Source: Gammaproteobacteria bacterium
Lineage (GTDB): Bacteria; Pseudomonadota; Gammaproteobacteria; JBCCGL01
Assembly: GCA_965277715.1 (NCBI GenBank)
Contig: OZ255836.1
Span: forward strand, 256,001-320,000
Reading direction: 5' to 3'
Length of the DNA: 64,000 nt
Made by a program: the position numbers and the translations under genes. The notes under the pieces were generated by a model. It was not told where the DNA came from. It saw nothing but the letters and a program-made list of their open reading frames with translations, and made no database searches. Below, piece after piece: positions 29,495-39,909 of the stretch. Numbering within the stretch: the first letter of the stretch is position 1; the number at the start of each line of letters is the position of its first letter.

Positions 29495-29830
29495 ATGAAA
29501 ACACAAGCAACCAGTACACTGCCCCGTGCAGCCCGACAGGCCCTTATAGAACTCGGTGGGGACATTGCTGTCGCACGAAAAAAACGACGTATTTCTACTG
29601 TCTCAATGGCTGAACGTGCCTTTATTAGTCGGGGTACACTCTATAAAGTCGAAAAGGGTGACCCAACGGTTGCAATGGGTATCTATGCCACGGTGCTCTC
29701 GATTCTGGGGCTTGTTGAACGTCTTGGGCAGGTGGCTGATCGCAGCAGTGATTCGCTGGGTTTGGATATAGAAGAGGATCGGTTACCCAGGAAAGTACAA
29801 CCGCGTAAGCGTAAAAAGGAATTGTTATGA
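29495..29830 (+). CDS. XRE-family HTH protein (HipB-like antitoxin)
   Basis: LG.DIAVARKKRRIS...MAERAFISRGTLYKVEKGDPTVAMGIYATVL. Confidence 0.85.
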   Translation: MKTQATSTLPRAARQALIELGGDIAVARKKRRISTVSMAERAFISRGTLYKVEKGDPTVAMGIYATVLSILGLVERLGQVADRSSDSLGLDIEEDRLPRKVQPRKRKKELL

Positions 29831-29885
29831 CGGAGACCGGCTTCCTTAGTCGTCGGGCAGTGGTTAGTGAGTGATATTCCTTAAC

Positions 29886-30060
29886 CCTAAATTCCGCAGT
29901 TGAATCTACTGCGAGCACCTGATGCACAGAATCTAAAGCGCTTTTACCCGCATTTCAGCTTCACCTGTAGAATGACTACAGGATGGCTAAAATGCGGGTA
30001 AAAACACTTCATCTTCAGCACCTTAGACGCCCTCGCTACGATTCAACTGCGGAATTTAGG
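29886..30060. mobile_element. Palindromic MITE (~175 bp)
   Basis: 21-bp perfect TIR CCTAAATTCCGCAGTTGAATC, internal IRs TTTTACCCGCATTT/AAATGCGGGTAAAA and CCTGTAG/CTACAGG, TTAA on both sides. Confidence 0.8.
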
Positions 30061-30184
30061 TTAACTGACCTGGCTGTATTGCTGATAGTGATACGCAGGA
30101 AGAGGCTTTAGTAGAAGCGAGGGTGCGTTTGAGGCGTGGAAAATGGCCCGAAGGGCAGGGCACAGAGCGTAGAGCCCCCCTACT

Positions 30185-30198
30185 GTCATAACATTGAC
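30185..30198. promoter_or_regulatory. FleQ/FlrA-type enhancer box
   Basis: GTCATAACATTGAC fits GTCA-N6-TGAC, ~55 bp upstream of a sigma54 promoter. Confidence 0.6.
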
Positions 30199-30251
30199 GT
30201 TTTTTCCATGATTTTATAGTAAATCACTGAATCTTATCATTTAACTCAGCG

Positions 30252-30267
30252 TGGCATAGTTTCTGCA
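30252..30267 (+). promoter_or_regulatory. sigma54 promoter (-24/-12) of the fleSR operon
   Basis: TGGCAT-AGTTT-CTGCA with exact GG-N10-GC spacing. Confidence 0.75.
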
Positions 30268-30304
30268 CTCGTCCCGACTACTGTAAATACTGGTCGGAGC
30301 CATA

Positions 30305-31453
30305 ATGCCACAAGCCTGCGCAATTGCGCCCTGTACGCCCCTGGAGTACTGCAAACAACCCCGTATAGCGCCTGGCACGGCAAGTGCGTCAACTGTCTGT
30401 AAATCACTGATCGATGCCGTACCCGGTGCGCTGTTACTGCTGGATGCCAGTGGCAATATTGCCAGTGCCAACGATACCGCCTGTAACTGGTTGAATGGCC
30501 CATTACTCGGTCAGTGTTGGCGCGATGTTTACCAGCGTGAATTTCAATCAGGTCTCAATCGGGGGGATTTGTCGACCCGCGATAACCGTTTGTTAAATAT
30601 CTCAACCCGGCCACTCGGTGACAAGCCTGGGCAGGTTGTCCTGCTCAGTGATGTCACCGAAAGCCGCATGTTACAACAACTAATGGAACGCAATACGCGG
30701 CTGGTATCGATGGGGGAGATGGTCGCCCGTCTTTCCCACCAGATCCGCACACCTATCGCCACTGTCGTGTTGTACCTGACGCAGATGCAGGCGACTTCAC
30801 TGAATTTGAGCACTCAGCAGGCATTTATCGAAAAATCGCTGGCACGGTTACGCCATGTCGAAAAAATGATTCGCGATATGTTGATGTTTGCCCACGGAGC
30901 GCGCACCGATGTGGAAACCATGTCGATATCGGTGGTGCTCAATGAGCTGGATCAACAATTGGCACCGCTGATGGAATTGGCCGGTGCACAGTATCAGATT
31001 AATTGCGACACCACGGCATTGCTGCGCGCCAATTGCACCGGCATGGTGACGGCTTTATTGAATATTTGTAGCAATGCCATCGAGAACGTCGGCCCGAGCC
31101 TCCGCTTGACCATTAATGCCGATCAGGACGAGGCAGAAAATACGGTGATTAAAATAGCCGATAACGGCAAAGGCGTTGCACCGGCACTGCGTCAGCGCGT
31201 ATTTCAACCTTTTTTTACCACGCGCAACGACGGCACCGGGCTGGGTTTATCCGTGGTTAAGTCGATTGTCGAGGCGCACAACGGGACGATTGAAATAAAG
31301 CGTGCAGCAATGGGCGGGGCGCTGTTTGTGATAACAATCCCCGCACTTAACACCAGTCGGCGCGGAGCAACTCAACAGCCTGCCAAGGGCGGTAACAAGC
31401 GTGTGCCTATGCCCTCTGTTGCCAGCCGTTTCGCAATGCGCACCGCTACCTGA
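30305..31453 (+). CDS. fleS: PAS sensor histidine kinase FleS/FlrB
   Basis: GEMVARLSHQIRTP H-box, DNGKG, GTGLGL; position before fleR-fliE. Confidence 0.88.
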   Translation: MPQACAIAPCTPLEYCKQPRIAPGTASASTVCKSLIDAVPGALLLLDASGNIASANDTACNWLNGPLLGQCWRDVYQREFQSGLNRGDLSTRDNRLLNISTRPLGDKPGQVVLLSDVTESRMLQQLMERNTRLVSMGEMVARLSHQIRTPIATVVLYLTQMQATSLNLSTQQAFIEKSLARLRHVEKMIRDMLMFAHGARTDVETMSISVVLNELDQQLAPLMELAGAQYQINCDTTALLRANCTGMVTALLNICSNAIENVGPSLRLTINADQDEAENTVIKIADNGKGVAPALRQRVFQPFFTTRNDGTGLGLSVVKSIVEAHNGTIEIKRAAMGGALFVITIPALNTSRRGATQQPAKGGNKRVPMPSVASRFAMRTAT

Positions 31454-31565
31454 TCGTTGCTATGACAATTCCTCGTTATAGTGGGAACAGTGTAGGGGCG
31501 TTCCCCTATTTGCCAAACAGATAGAACTGTTAACAAAAAAGATCGATTCGAGAGAGGTAATAAGT

Positions 31566-32918
31566 ATGAGTAAAGCAAAAATCCTGGTGGTTGAAGATGA
31601 CGATGCACTGCGCCAGGCACTGACCGATACGCTGGAACTGGCGGGTTACCCGGTATACGCCTGTGATAATGGCGAATCGGCGCTAACGACGCTGCACCTG
31701 CAAACGGATATTGCGCTGGTTGTCAGCGATGTGCAAATGGCCCCTGTCGACGGTTTAACGCTGCTGAAATCGATTCGCACATCGAATACCGATTTACCGG
31801 TCATTCTAATGACTGCCTACGGCAGCGTGCCTCGTGCGGTCGATGCATTGCAACACGGCGCTAATGATTACCTCGCCAAGCCATTTGAAGTGGGAGCGCT
31901 ACTGGAAAAAATAGACGGTTTATTAGTCTCCCAGCAAACGCGTGAAGACACCTTTATCGCCACTGATCCGGTAATGCAGAAACTGATTGGTATCGCACAG
32001 CGGGTTGCCAGTACCGATGCCACGGTGATGATCAGTGGCCCCAGCGGTGCTGGTAAAGAGGTGATTGCGCGTTTTATCCACCAACATTCGGCGCGTGCTG
32101 AACGACCGTTTATTGCCATCAACTGCGCCGCTATTCCGGAAAACATGCTCGAAGCGGTGTTGTTTGGTTATGAAAAAGGCGCGTTTACCGGCGCCTATAA
32201 ATCCACACCCGGCAAGTTCGAAATGGCGCAAACCGGCACCTTATTGCTCGATGAAATTTCTGAAATGGATCTGGGCCTACAGGCAAAATTGCTGCGTGTA
32301 TTACAGGAGAAAGAGGTTGAGCGACTGGGCGGGCGCAACCTTATTTCACTCGATGTGCGCATCCTCGCAACGACCAACCGCAACCTGAAACAGGCGGTGG
32401 CAGAGGGGCATTTTCGCGAGGATTTATTTTACCGTCTGAATGTCTTTCCGATTATGTTACCGGCGCTCAATGCCCGGCGTAGCGATATTCCTCTGTTGGC
32501 CAATTATTTTATCGCCAAATACCATAAAGACGGTGAAATAGCGCGTGAGCTGACGATGGCTGCTGAGTTGAAGTTAATGGAATATAGCTGGCCCGGCAAT
32601 GTCCGCGAGCTGGATAACGTGATTCAACGTGCGCTTATCCTGGCGTCTGGCCAACAGATTGCGATCGACAGTATTTTATTTGAGGAACCCGGCGGACAGG
32701 CAACGATTGCTGCGCATGATGGCACCAGCCAGCTTAACTCTAACTTGAGAAACCGTGAAGAGGAAATAATTCTCGACGCGTTGACGGCATCGGGCGGGAG
32801 CCGTAAGTCGGCCGCTGCCGCGCTGGGTATATCGGCACGCACATTGCGGTACAAATTATCGCGTATGCGTGAGGAGGGCATTGCCATTCCCGGACAGGCC
32901 AACGTGGCATTTCAATGA
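31566..32918 (+). CDS. fleR: sigma54-dependent response regulator FleR/FlrC
   Basis: REC domain, GPSGAGKE, GAFTGA, WPGNVREL, Fis-type HTH. Confidence 0.92.
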   Translation: MSKAKILVVEDDDALRQALTDTLELAGYPVYACDNGESALTTLHLQTDIALVVSDVQMAPVDGLTLLKSIRTSNTDLPVILMTAYGSVPRAVDALQHGANDYLAKPFEVGALLEKIDGLLVSQQTREDTFIATDPVMQKLIGIAQRVASTDATVMISGPSGAGKEVIARFIHQHSARAERPFIAINCAAIPENMLEAVLFGYEKGAFTGAYKSTPGKFEMAQTGTLLLDEISEMDLGLQAKLLRVLQEKEVERLGGRNLISLDVRILATTNRNLKQAVAEGHFREDLFYRLNVFPIMLPALNARRSDIPLLANYFIAKYHKDGEIARELTMAAELKLMEYSWPGNVRELDNVIQRALILASGQQIAIDSILFEEPGGQATIAAHDGTSQLNSNLRNREEEIILDALTASGGSRKSAAAALGISARTLRYKLSRMREEGIAIPGQANVAFQ

Positions 32919-32936
32919 CCATTCGATAAATGGAGG

Positions 32937-33299
32937 ATGAGTAGTATGAACAATATCGCTGTTACCAGTGTGCCCAATATTCTGCTCGGTGAATTGGAGC
33001 GGATGCGCGCACTCGCTAAAAATGAATCATCGACCAGTGCGGGCCTGGCTGCGCTGGCTATGCCGGAAGACCCACAAGACAGTTTTTCTGCGTTGGTACG
33101 TCGGCAGGTGGAGAGTGTTAACGCCACGCAAAAGCAAGCGGGAAAGCTCGCTGAATTATTTGAAATTGGTGACCCGGATGTCAGCCTGGTCGATGTGATG
33201 ATCGCTGGGCAAAAATCCAGTGTGGCGTTTAGCGCATTGGTGGAAGTGCGCAACAAAATGCTCTCCGCCTACCAGGAAGTGATGAATATGCAGGTGTGA
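32937..33299 (+). CDS. fliE: Flagellar hook-basal body protein
   Basis: DVMIAGQKSSVAF...EVRNKMLSAYQEVMNMQV. Confidence 0.95.
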   Translation: MSSMNNIAVTSVPNILLGELERMRALAKNESSTSAGLAALAMPEDPQDSFSALVRRQVESVNATQKQAGKLAELFEIGDPDVSLVDVMIAGQKSSVAFSALVEVRNKMLSAYQEVMNMQV

Positions 33300-33414
33300 G
33301 TCAGGCGATGAATCTGACAATTTCCCAATCAATATGTATGGATATATCTATATTTGCTTACGTGCAAATTAATACATGGGCGTTAGATCCCCGTATTGAG
33401 CACGGGCTATAAGA

Positions 33415-35313
33415 ATGGTCGATGTTGCAACAATAGAGGACGATTTCCCCGGCACTGGTACTGGCACTGAGCTGCAGGCCAGTCGTGCCGACCAACTCGC
33501 GAGCCCAATGCCCTGGCGTCAGGCCCCGGTATTGCGCCAGGTTGTGGTATTGGTGGCGCTGGCGGTGGCCATTTCCATTGGTGTGGCGGTAGCTTTGTGG
33601 TCCAAAGACCCTAATTACACCCCATTGTTTTCAGAGTTGATGCACGATGATGTGTCGAAAATTGGCGAGGCGCTAAAGAGCGGTGATATCCCGTTTCGCA
33701 TAGACGCAAATACCGGGGGCATACTGGTGCCCAGCGCCCGCGTGCGCGAGGTGCGTATGCGCTTGGCGGCGCAGGGGCTGCCAGAGAGCAGTACCACCGG
33801 GCTGGAGATTCTGCAGGAGGAGCAAGACCTCAGTACCAGTCAGTTTATCGAATCGGCGCGTTACAACCACGCCCTGGAAACCGAGCTGGCCCGCTCGGTT
33901 TCGACACTGAAAAATATCAAGACCGCCCGCGTGCACCTGGCGCTGCCCAAACAGTCGATTTTTGTGCGCAAGCGCATCAAGCCAACGGCATCGGTTATCG
34001 TCTCATTACACCCAGGGCGGATATTGGAGCGCAGCCAGATTGCTGCAATCGTCCACCTGGTATCGTCGAGCATTGCCAATATGGAGGCCGGTCAGGTCAC
34101 GGTGGTCGATCAATATGGTCGTCTGCTGACCGATGCCGACAGCAACCCGGGCATTGCGCTGAGCGCCAAGCAGTTTGAATACCGCCGTTCGCTGGAGCGG
34201 GATTACAGCGAGCGCATTGTCAATTTGCTGGAACCGATTGTGGGGTACGGCAAAGTGCGTGCGCAAGTGACGGCGGAGCTGAATTTCTCGCAGGTTGAGA
34301 GTACCCAGGAAGTCTTCGACCCAGACCAGAAGGATGCGCGCCAACTGGTGCGTAGCGAACAGACCAGCGAAGAGGAAAACCGCCTTGATCGCGCACTGGG
34401 CATACCTGGCGCGCTCACCAATCAGCCACCGGGTGAGGGCACAACCGATGCCGAAGCCACAGCAAATGAAGACGGTGGAAAACCCAGCAGTGTCAGCCGT
34501 GCAGCCACGCGCAACTATGAGATTGATCGCGTTATCAGCCATCAGCGAAAGTCGTCAGGCGATATCCAGCGTTTGGCCGTGGCCGTTATTGTCGATGATA
34601 AACAGGTGGCTGTCACCGTGCCACAACCGGTGAAGATAGGCAGTGCCGACACCAGCAGTGCAGACGATGTGGCTGTCGATGACAATGCCGACGAACCGGC
34701 GGAGGCCGGGTCGGATGCGGTGGAAGGCACTGACCAGGCACCCGTATCTACATCTGGCATAAGCATGAAACGCCAGCCTTATACCGACCTGGAACTTGAA
34801 CGGCTTACCGAGCTGGTACGCGAGGTAACGGGGTTTAGTGTTGCCAGGGGCGACACGATTAAAGTACTGAATGCGTCGTTTTTCGAACCGGAGATCAGTG
34901 ATATTCCTGAGCTGCCTCTCTGGGAGCAAATCTGGTTCCAGGATCTGGTCAAACAGGTGCTGGGGGGGATTTTTATCCTGCTGTTATTACTGCTGATCGT
35001 ACGCCCCATTGTACGTGGGTTGATACCTGTCGATAAAGAGGAGAATGTCGATGATGAGAGCGAAGATAAAGAGGACGACGATGAGGACGATGTGGATGAA
35101 GACGACGACTCGATTGAAGGCGAGCTTGCCGAGGTTGAAATTATCTGGGGTGAAGATGGTCGCCCCATCGACCCGGCAGCCGATGCGAGCATGATGCAAT
35201 TTGATAAAAAACTGAATTACGCACGTATATTGGTACAGGAGGATCCGGCACGCGCTGCCACCATGATGAAGATCTGGATGAACCAGGCCGAAGAAGAAAA
35301 AGATGCCGCTTGA
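33415..35313 (+). CDS. fliF: Flagellar MS-ring protein
   Basis: ARVHLALPKQS.F, ASV, RNYEIDR, two TM helices. Confidence 0.96.
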   Translation: MVDVATIEDDFPGTGTGTELQASRADQLASPMPWRQAPVLRQVVVLVALAVAISIGVAVALWSKDPNYTPLFSELMHDDVSKIGEALKSGDIPFRIDANTGGILVPSARVREVRMRLAAQGLPESSTTGLEILQEEQDLSTSQFIESARYNHALETELARSVSTLKNIKTARVHLALPKQSIFVRKRIKPTASVIVSLHPGRILERSQIAAIVHLVSSSIANMEAGQVTVVDQYGRLLTDADSNPGIALSAKQFEYRRSLERDYSERIVNLLEPIVGYGKVRAQVTAELNFSQVESTQEVFDPDQKDARQLVRSEQTSEEENRLDRALGIPGALTNQPPGEGTTDAEATANEDGGKPSSVSRAATRNYEIDRVISHQRKSSGDIQRLAVAVIVDDKQVAVTVPQPVKIGSADTSSADDVAVDDNADEPAEAGSDAVEGTDQAPVSTSGISMKRQPYTDLELERLTELVREVTGFSVARGDTIKVLNASFFEPEISDIPELPLWEQIWFQDLVKQVLGGIFILLLLLLIVRPIVRGLIPVDKEENVDDESEDKEDDDEDDVDEDDDSIEGELAEVEIIWGEDGRPIDPAADASMMQFDKKLNYARILVQEDPARAATMMKIWMNQAEEEKDAA

Positions 35314-36310
35314 AGACCCTGAAAACATTGGCAGTATTGAGCAGGCAGCTATCTTCCTGCTCAGTATCGGTGAAGACGAAGCCTCCGAAATTATGAAAAA
35401 CCTTGGTCAGCGCGAGGTTCAGGTGCTGGGCGCACGCATGTCAACCCTCAAGGGGGTGACGCGTAGCATTGTCGACGATTCGATTACCCGGTTTGTCAAT
35501 GAAATACAGGACAAAACGTCGGTGGGTATCGGCGGGGATGCATACCTGCGCTCGGTGCTGGTTAAGGCATTGGGGACGGAAAAAGCCGAGGGTATTATTG
35601 ATAAGATTCTGCTCAATGGCACGGGCCAGGGGATTGAGGCACTCAAGTGGATGGAGGCGCGGGCTGTATCTGAAATTGTGCGTTATGAACACCCACAGAT
35701 CATTGCGCTGGTGCTTTCATTCCTCGACCCCGGGCAGGCGGCCAGTGTGCTGAACTTCCTGCCAGAAAACCAACGCACCGACATTATGATGCGTATCGCT
35801 ACACTCGATAGTATTCCGCCTGCGGCAATCCGGGAACTTGACCAGATTCTCGAACAGCACGCCACCTCAGATATAAATATCGAATCTGCCAAGCTGGGCG
35901 GTGTACAGACAGTGGCGGAGATACTCAACAATATCGGCCCGGCATCGGAAGGGGTGATGGAGCAGTTAAAAGAGGAGGACGCCGACCTCGGTGATCGTAT
36001 TGCCGATTTGATGTTTGTCTTTGAAAATCTGATCGATGTCGAGGATCGCGGCATTCAGGCTTTATTGCGTGAAGTGTCTACTGATAGCCTGACCCTGGCA
36101 CTTAAAGGTGTTTCGGAAGAGTTGAAAAATAAAATACTGAAGAATATGTCGAGCCGTGCGGCGGATATGCTCTCTGAGGATATGGAGGCGAAAGGCCCGG
36201 TACGCCTTAGCGAGGTCGAGGAGGCGCAGAAGGAAATTCTTCTTGTTGCGCGCAGGCTGGAATCTGAGGGCTCGATTATGCTAGGTGGCGGTGGAGAGGA
36301 GTTTGTTTAA
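35303..36310 (+). CDS. fliG: Flagellar motor switch protein
   Basis: EHPQIIALVLS, MFVFENL, GPVRLSEVEEAQKEI. Confidence 0.97.
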   Translation: MPLEDPENIGSIEQAAIFLLSIGEDEASEIMKNLGQREVQVLGARMSTLKGVTRSIVDDSITRFVNEIQDKTSVGIGGDAYLRSVLVKALGTEKAEGIIDKILLNGTGQGIEALKWMEARAVSEIVRYEHPQIIALVLSFLDPGQAASVLNFLPENQRTDIMMRIATLDSIPPAAIRELDQILEQHATSDINIESAKLGGVQTVAEILNNIGPASEGVMEQLKEEDADLGDRIADLMFVFENLIDVEDRGIQALLREVSTDSLTLALKGVSEELKNKILKNMSSRAADMLSEDMEAKGPVRLSEVEEAQKEILLVARRLESEGSIMLGGGGEEFV

Positions 36311-36956
36311 TTCAGCGCCCGTAAGCCGCTGGCAATTACCGGATGTCGGCGATCAGGCCGGCACACAATCCATAGCACAAAGCGAAGACCTGGATACTGA
36401 ATCTGAGTTGCCCGCACTGCCCACTGCCGAGGAAATTGCGCGTTGGGAGGAAGAGGCCCGCAAAAAAGGCCAGGAAGAAGGGCATCAATCCGGGTATCAA
36501 GCTGGCTATACCTCGGGGGAGGCCGATGTCGCCGATAAGTCGGCGCAGTTTGCCGCGCTGATCAATGCACTCGAATACCCGTTTGAGCAGCTCGATAAAC
36601 AGGTTGAGCAGGAATTGATGCAATTGGTGGTGACATTGGCACAACAACTGGTGCGGCGTGAAATCCGGCTGGAGCCAGGGGAGATCATTGGTGTGATCCG
36701 CGAGTCGATGGCCTTGCTACCGGCCAACAAACGGCGCGTTTCGATTGATCTTCACCCGGAAGATGCCGCCCTGGTGCGCGAGACACTGATGGCGGGCGAG
36801 AGTGACAACAACTGGCGGCTGGTCGAAGACCCTTTGATTACCCGTGGTGGATGTCGTATTAGCACCGATGTCTCGCAGCTCGACGCGACCCTGGAGGCTA
36901 GGCTCGCCTCACTGGCGGCGACTATGTTAGGGGGTGAGCGCCAGGGTGATGAATAA
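36285..36956 (+). CDS. fliH: Flagellar assembly protein
   Basis: GxxxG repeats, LHPED, ITRGGCRI. Confidence 0.92.
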   Translation: MAVERSLFNSAPVSRWQLPDVGDQAGTQSIAQSEDLDTESELPALPTAEEIARWEEEARKKGQEEGHQSGYQAGYTSGEADVADKSAQFAALINALEYPFEQLDKQVEQELMQLVVTLAQQLVRREIRLEPGEIIGVIRESMALLPANKRRVSIDLHPEDAALVRETLMAGESDNNWRLVEDPLITRGGCRISTDVSQLDATLEARLASLAATMLGGERQGDE

Positions 36957-38364
36957 GGTTACTGGGCCAGAACAGCAACCCCCTGACAATAGCCAGCGGT
37001 GGTTAAACTGGCTATCTGAAACGCAACAGCGACTACCAAAAATTTCCAAGCCCCCTGTCGAGGGCATGCTGACGCGTATGGTTGGTTTGACCCTTGAAGC
37101 GGTGGGGTGTCAGGCCGCCATCGGGGCGCGCTGCCATGTCGTGGCTGCGGGTATCGATCCGGTCGAAACAGAGGTTGTGGGTTTTTCCGGTGACAAGTTA
37201 TTTCTGATGCCTACCGGTGACATACAGGGCCTGGTGCCCAATGCGCGGGTGATTCCCAGTGATCGCGTGTACCGCGTACCTGTGGGCAAACAACTCCTTG
37301 GGCGTGTGCTCGATGGCAGCGGGGCACCGCTCGACGGTAAAGGCCCGCTGAACGTGGCGGACGCTATGCCATTGCACAGCCCACCGATCAACCCGCTGCA
37401 ACGTGAACCTATCAGTACAACACTGGATGTCGGGGTGCGCACCATCAATGCGCTGCTCAGTGTGGGGCGTGGTCAGCGGCTGGGTTTGTTTGCCGGTAGT
37501 GGTGTCGGCAAAAGCGTGTTGCTGGGCATGATGACCCGCTACACCAGTGCCGATATCGTCGTGGTTGGCCTGATTGGCGAGCGTGGTCGGGAAGTTAAGG
37601 AGTTTGTCCAGGAGATTTTGGGTGAAACGGGGATGGCGCGTGCTGTCGTTGTCGCGGCTCCGGCAGACACCTCACCCCTGAACCGCCTACACGGTGCACT
37701 GCTGTGCCACAGCATCGCCGAATATTTCCGCGATCAGGGGCACAATGTACTGCTACTGATGGACTCACTCACCCGGTTTGCCCAGGCGCAGCGGGAAATT
37801 GCCCTGGCAATCGGCGAATTGCCCGCCACCAAAGGTTACCCTCCTTCCGTTTTTGCCCGTTTGCCACAGCTCGTTGAGCGGGCGGGTAATGGTGGAATGC
37901 AGGGTGGCTCGATCACCGCGTTTTACACTGTGCTGGTTGAAGGTGACGACAACAACGACCCCATCGCCGATGCATCGCGTGCGATACTCGACGGGCATGT
38001 GGTGCTGTCCAGGCAGTTGGCAGAATCCGGCCACTTTCCGGCTATCGATATAGAGGCATCCATTAGCCGGGCGATGAATGCCATTACCGGGCGCGACCAA
38101 CAAAAATGGGTGCAGCAGTTTCGGTATTTGTATTCCAACTACGAAAAAAACCGCGACCTGATCAGTGTCGGTGCCTATCAACAAGGCACAGATTCGGCCA
38201 TTGATCACGCGATTCTTATGCATCCCCATTTAATGCGTTTCCTCACCCAGGACATGTACAACGCCGTCAACAGTGAAGACAGCCTGAGCCAGTTGCAGGC
38301 CTTATTGGAAGGTAATGCAGCGCCGCCGGTACGGGCAGAGGTAAGCAATGCCGAACCGGCATAA
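36949..38364 (+). CDS. fliI: Flagellar export ATPase
   Basis: FAGSGVGKS, GLIGERGREV, LLLMDSLTRFA. Confidence 0.97.
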   Translation: MNKVTGPEQQPPDNSQRWLNWLSETQQRLPKISKPPVEGMLTRMVGLTLEAVGCQAAIGARCHVVAAGIDPVETEVVGFSGDKLFLMPTGDIQGLVPNARVIPSDRVYRVPVGKQLLGRVLDGSGAPLDGKGPLNVADAMPLHSPPINPLQREPISTTLDVGVRTINALLSVGRGQRLGLFAGSGVGKSVLLGMMTRYTSADIVVVGLIGERGREVKEFVQEILGETGMARAVVVAAPADTSPLNRLHGALLCHSIAEYFRDQGHNVLLLMDSLTRFAQAQREIALAIGELPATKGYPPSVFARLPQLVERAGNGGMQGGSITAFYTVLVEGDDNNDPIADASRAILDGHVVLSRQLAESGHFPAIDIEASISRAMNAITGRDQQKWVQQFRYLYSNYEKNRDLISVGAYQQGTDSAIDHAILMHPHLMRFLTQDMYNAVNSEDSLSQLQALLEGNAAPPVRAEVSNAEPA

Positions 38365-38794
38365 GCAGCTTGAATTGATTAAACGCGTCACCCATGACCG
38401 CGTGCTTGACGCGCAGCAAGTGGCCATCGATTCGCAGCAGGCGTTACAACAAAACAAAGCGCAGCTAACGCAGTTACTCGCCTACCGGGGAGAGTACAGC
38501 ACCCGGTTTGTGGATAACGGCAGTCAGGGCATCAATGCCAGCCAACTGGCTGAATACCGTGCTTTTCTCGCCCGGCTCGATCAGGCGATTGGTGCGCAAC
38601 AAGAGGCGATTAAAAAAAATAACCTGCGATGGATTGATAACCGGGCGTCGTGGCAAAAAGTGCAATCGCATGAAAAAGCTCTGGATAAGGTTATGGAGAA
38701 GCGTAGGGCTGATGAGCTGCATTGGCAGGAACAGCAGGAGCAGCGAGTGAGTGATGAGCGGGTACTGATTAAAGGGGTGAAGGGTGAAGGGTGA
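38348..38794 (+). CDS. fliJ: Flagellar export chaperone
   Basis: Coiled coil, YR.EY, FLARLDQAI.QQ, EQR..DE; follows fliI. Confidence 0.9.
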   Translation: MPNRHKQLELIKRVTHDRVLDAQQVAIDSQQALQQNKAQLTQLLAYRGEYSTRFVDNGSQGINASQLAEYRAFLARLDQAIGAQQEAIKKNNLRWIDNRASWQKVQSHEKALDKVMEKRRADELHWQEQQEQRVSDERVLIKGVKGEG

Positions 38795-38809
38795 AGGGTG
38801 AAGGGTGAA
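38775..38809 (+). repeat. Heptamer tandem repeat (GGGTGAA)x5 spanning the fliJ stop codon
   Basis: Direct inspection; the same unit occurs at ~55320-55336. Confidence 0.9.
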
Positions 38810-38902
38810 GGAGTTTGACTCCTTATACGTTAATACTCAGTCGAATATAATCAGATATACTAAGCATACCCTACCTTTATGCGATGCTTGACAATAGCAA
38901 CG

Positions 38903-39112
38903 ATGATTTCTGAAATATACACGGCGTTGCTGGATGCGGGCGTGACAGAAGAAAAAGCGCGTTTGGCGGCGGAGGCTTTGTCCGCTGAAAATCTCGCGAC
39001 AAAGCAGGATGTTAACGAGCTTAAAGGCGAGGTTCGCTTGTTAAAATGGATGTTGGGTATTGTCATTGCTGCCCAAGTAGTGCCTTTGCTAAAGGCGCTT
39101 GGCGTCGTCTGA
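38903..39112 (+). CDS. Small coiled-coil protein with C-terminal TM helix (DUF1640/CCDC90-like)
   Basis: L.DAGV.EEKA...AEA....LATKQD..ELK.EVRLLKWM.G. Confidence 0.7.
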   Translation: MISEIYTALLDAGVTEEKARLAAEALSAENLATKQDVNELKGEVRLLKWMLGIVIAAQVVPLLKALGVV

Positions 39113-39117
39113 AACCA

Positions 39118-39490
39118 TCAACTTTCCACCAGCGTAAAATTAAATTCATCCAAGCCCCAGGTTTGCTCGCCATTGGTATAGTTTGCATACCGCCACGCCA
39201 ACTCGCTGCCGCTTATCTGACCGTTCTTATGGTTAATACTATACCAATGACCTGCGTCGCAGTGTCGTAGTGTGCTGAGGTATTTTCCAGTGTCTGAACA
39301 CCATATTTTTGATGGTATTGTCGTCGGAATTGGAAGCGATGTATTTGCTGTTGTGGTCGAAGGCAACGCTGAGAACTAGGCTTAGGCTTTGATGACCTTT
39401 TAAGGTGTGAATACATTGCCCTGATTGGGCGTTCCATATTTTGATGCTTTGATTAGAGGGAGTAGAAGCGATGGATGTCCCGTTGTGATT
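39118..39490 (-). pseudogene. WD40-repeat protein C-terminal remnant
   Basis: Manual translation SIKIWNAQSGQCIHTLKGH...VLSVAFDHNSKYIASNSDDNTIK/IW with a frameshift. Confidence 0.75.
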
Positions 39491-39660
39491 GCTGCCTCCG
39501 AGATTACTTTAGTAATGAGCGAGCGCAAATTAAAGGCATGAAGGGTGCTGAAATGAGTGTGGGATGTGTAGAGTGCACATTGAATTGCGGGCTCAAAGAT
39601 TTTGACTTTATATGAGTGGATGAATAAACTCAGACTAAGTGGACTAAGCGAGGTGGTATT

Positions 39661-39909
39661 GTGACGCAGATTGTTAATATGCATGAAGCCAAGACGCATT
39701 TCTCCAGGATAGGCGCAAAAGTCGCCAGCGGGGAAGAGGTCATAATTGCGAAGGCGGGAAAGCCGTATTTTCGTTGCGTACCGTTAAAACAAACGCTTGT
39801 TGACCGTTCAGGACTCATCGGCGCCTTTGGCGGAAAAATTGCACGCACCGATGACGCTTACGATGACCTACCCCCAGATACCTGGGATGTTCACAACGAC
39901 GACACATGA
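39661..39909 (+). CDS. Phd/YefM antitoxin
   Basis: VNMHEAKTHFSR...V..GEEVIIAKAGKP; overlaps the PIN gene. Confidence 0.9.
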   Translation: MTQIVNMHEAKTHFSRIGAKVASGEEVIIAKAGKPYFRCVPLKQTLVDRSGLIGAFGGKIARTDDAYDDLPPDTWDVHNDDT

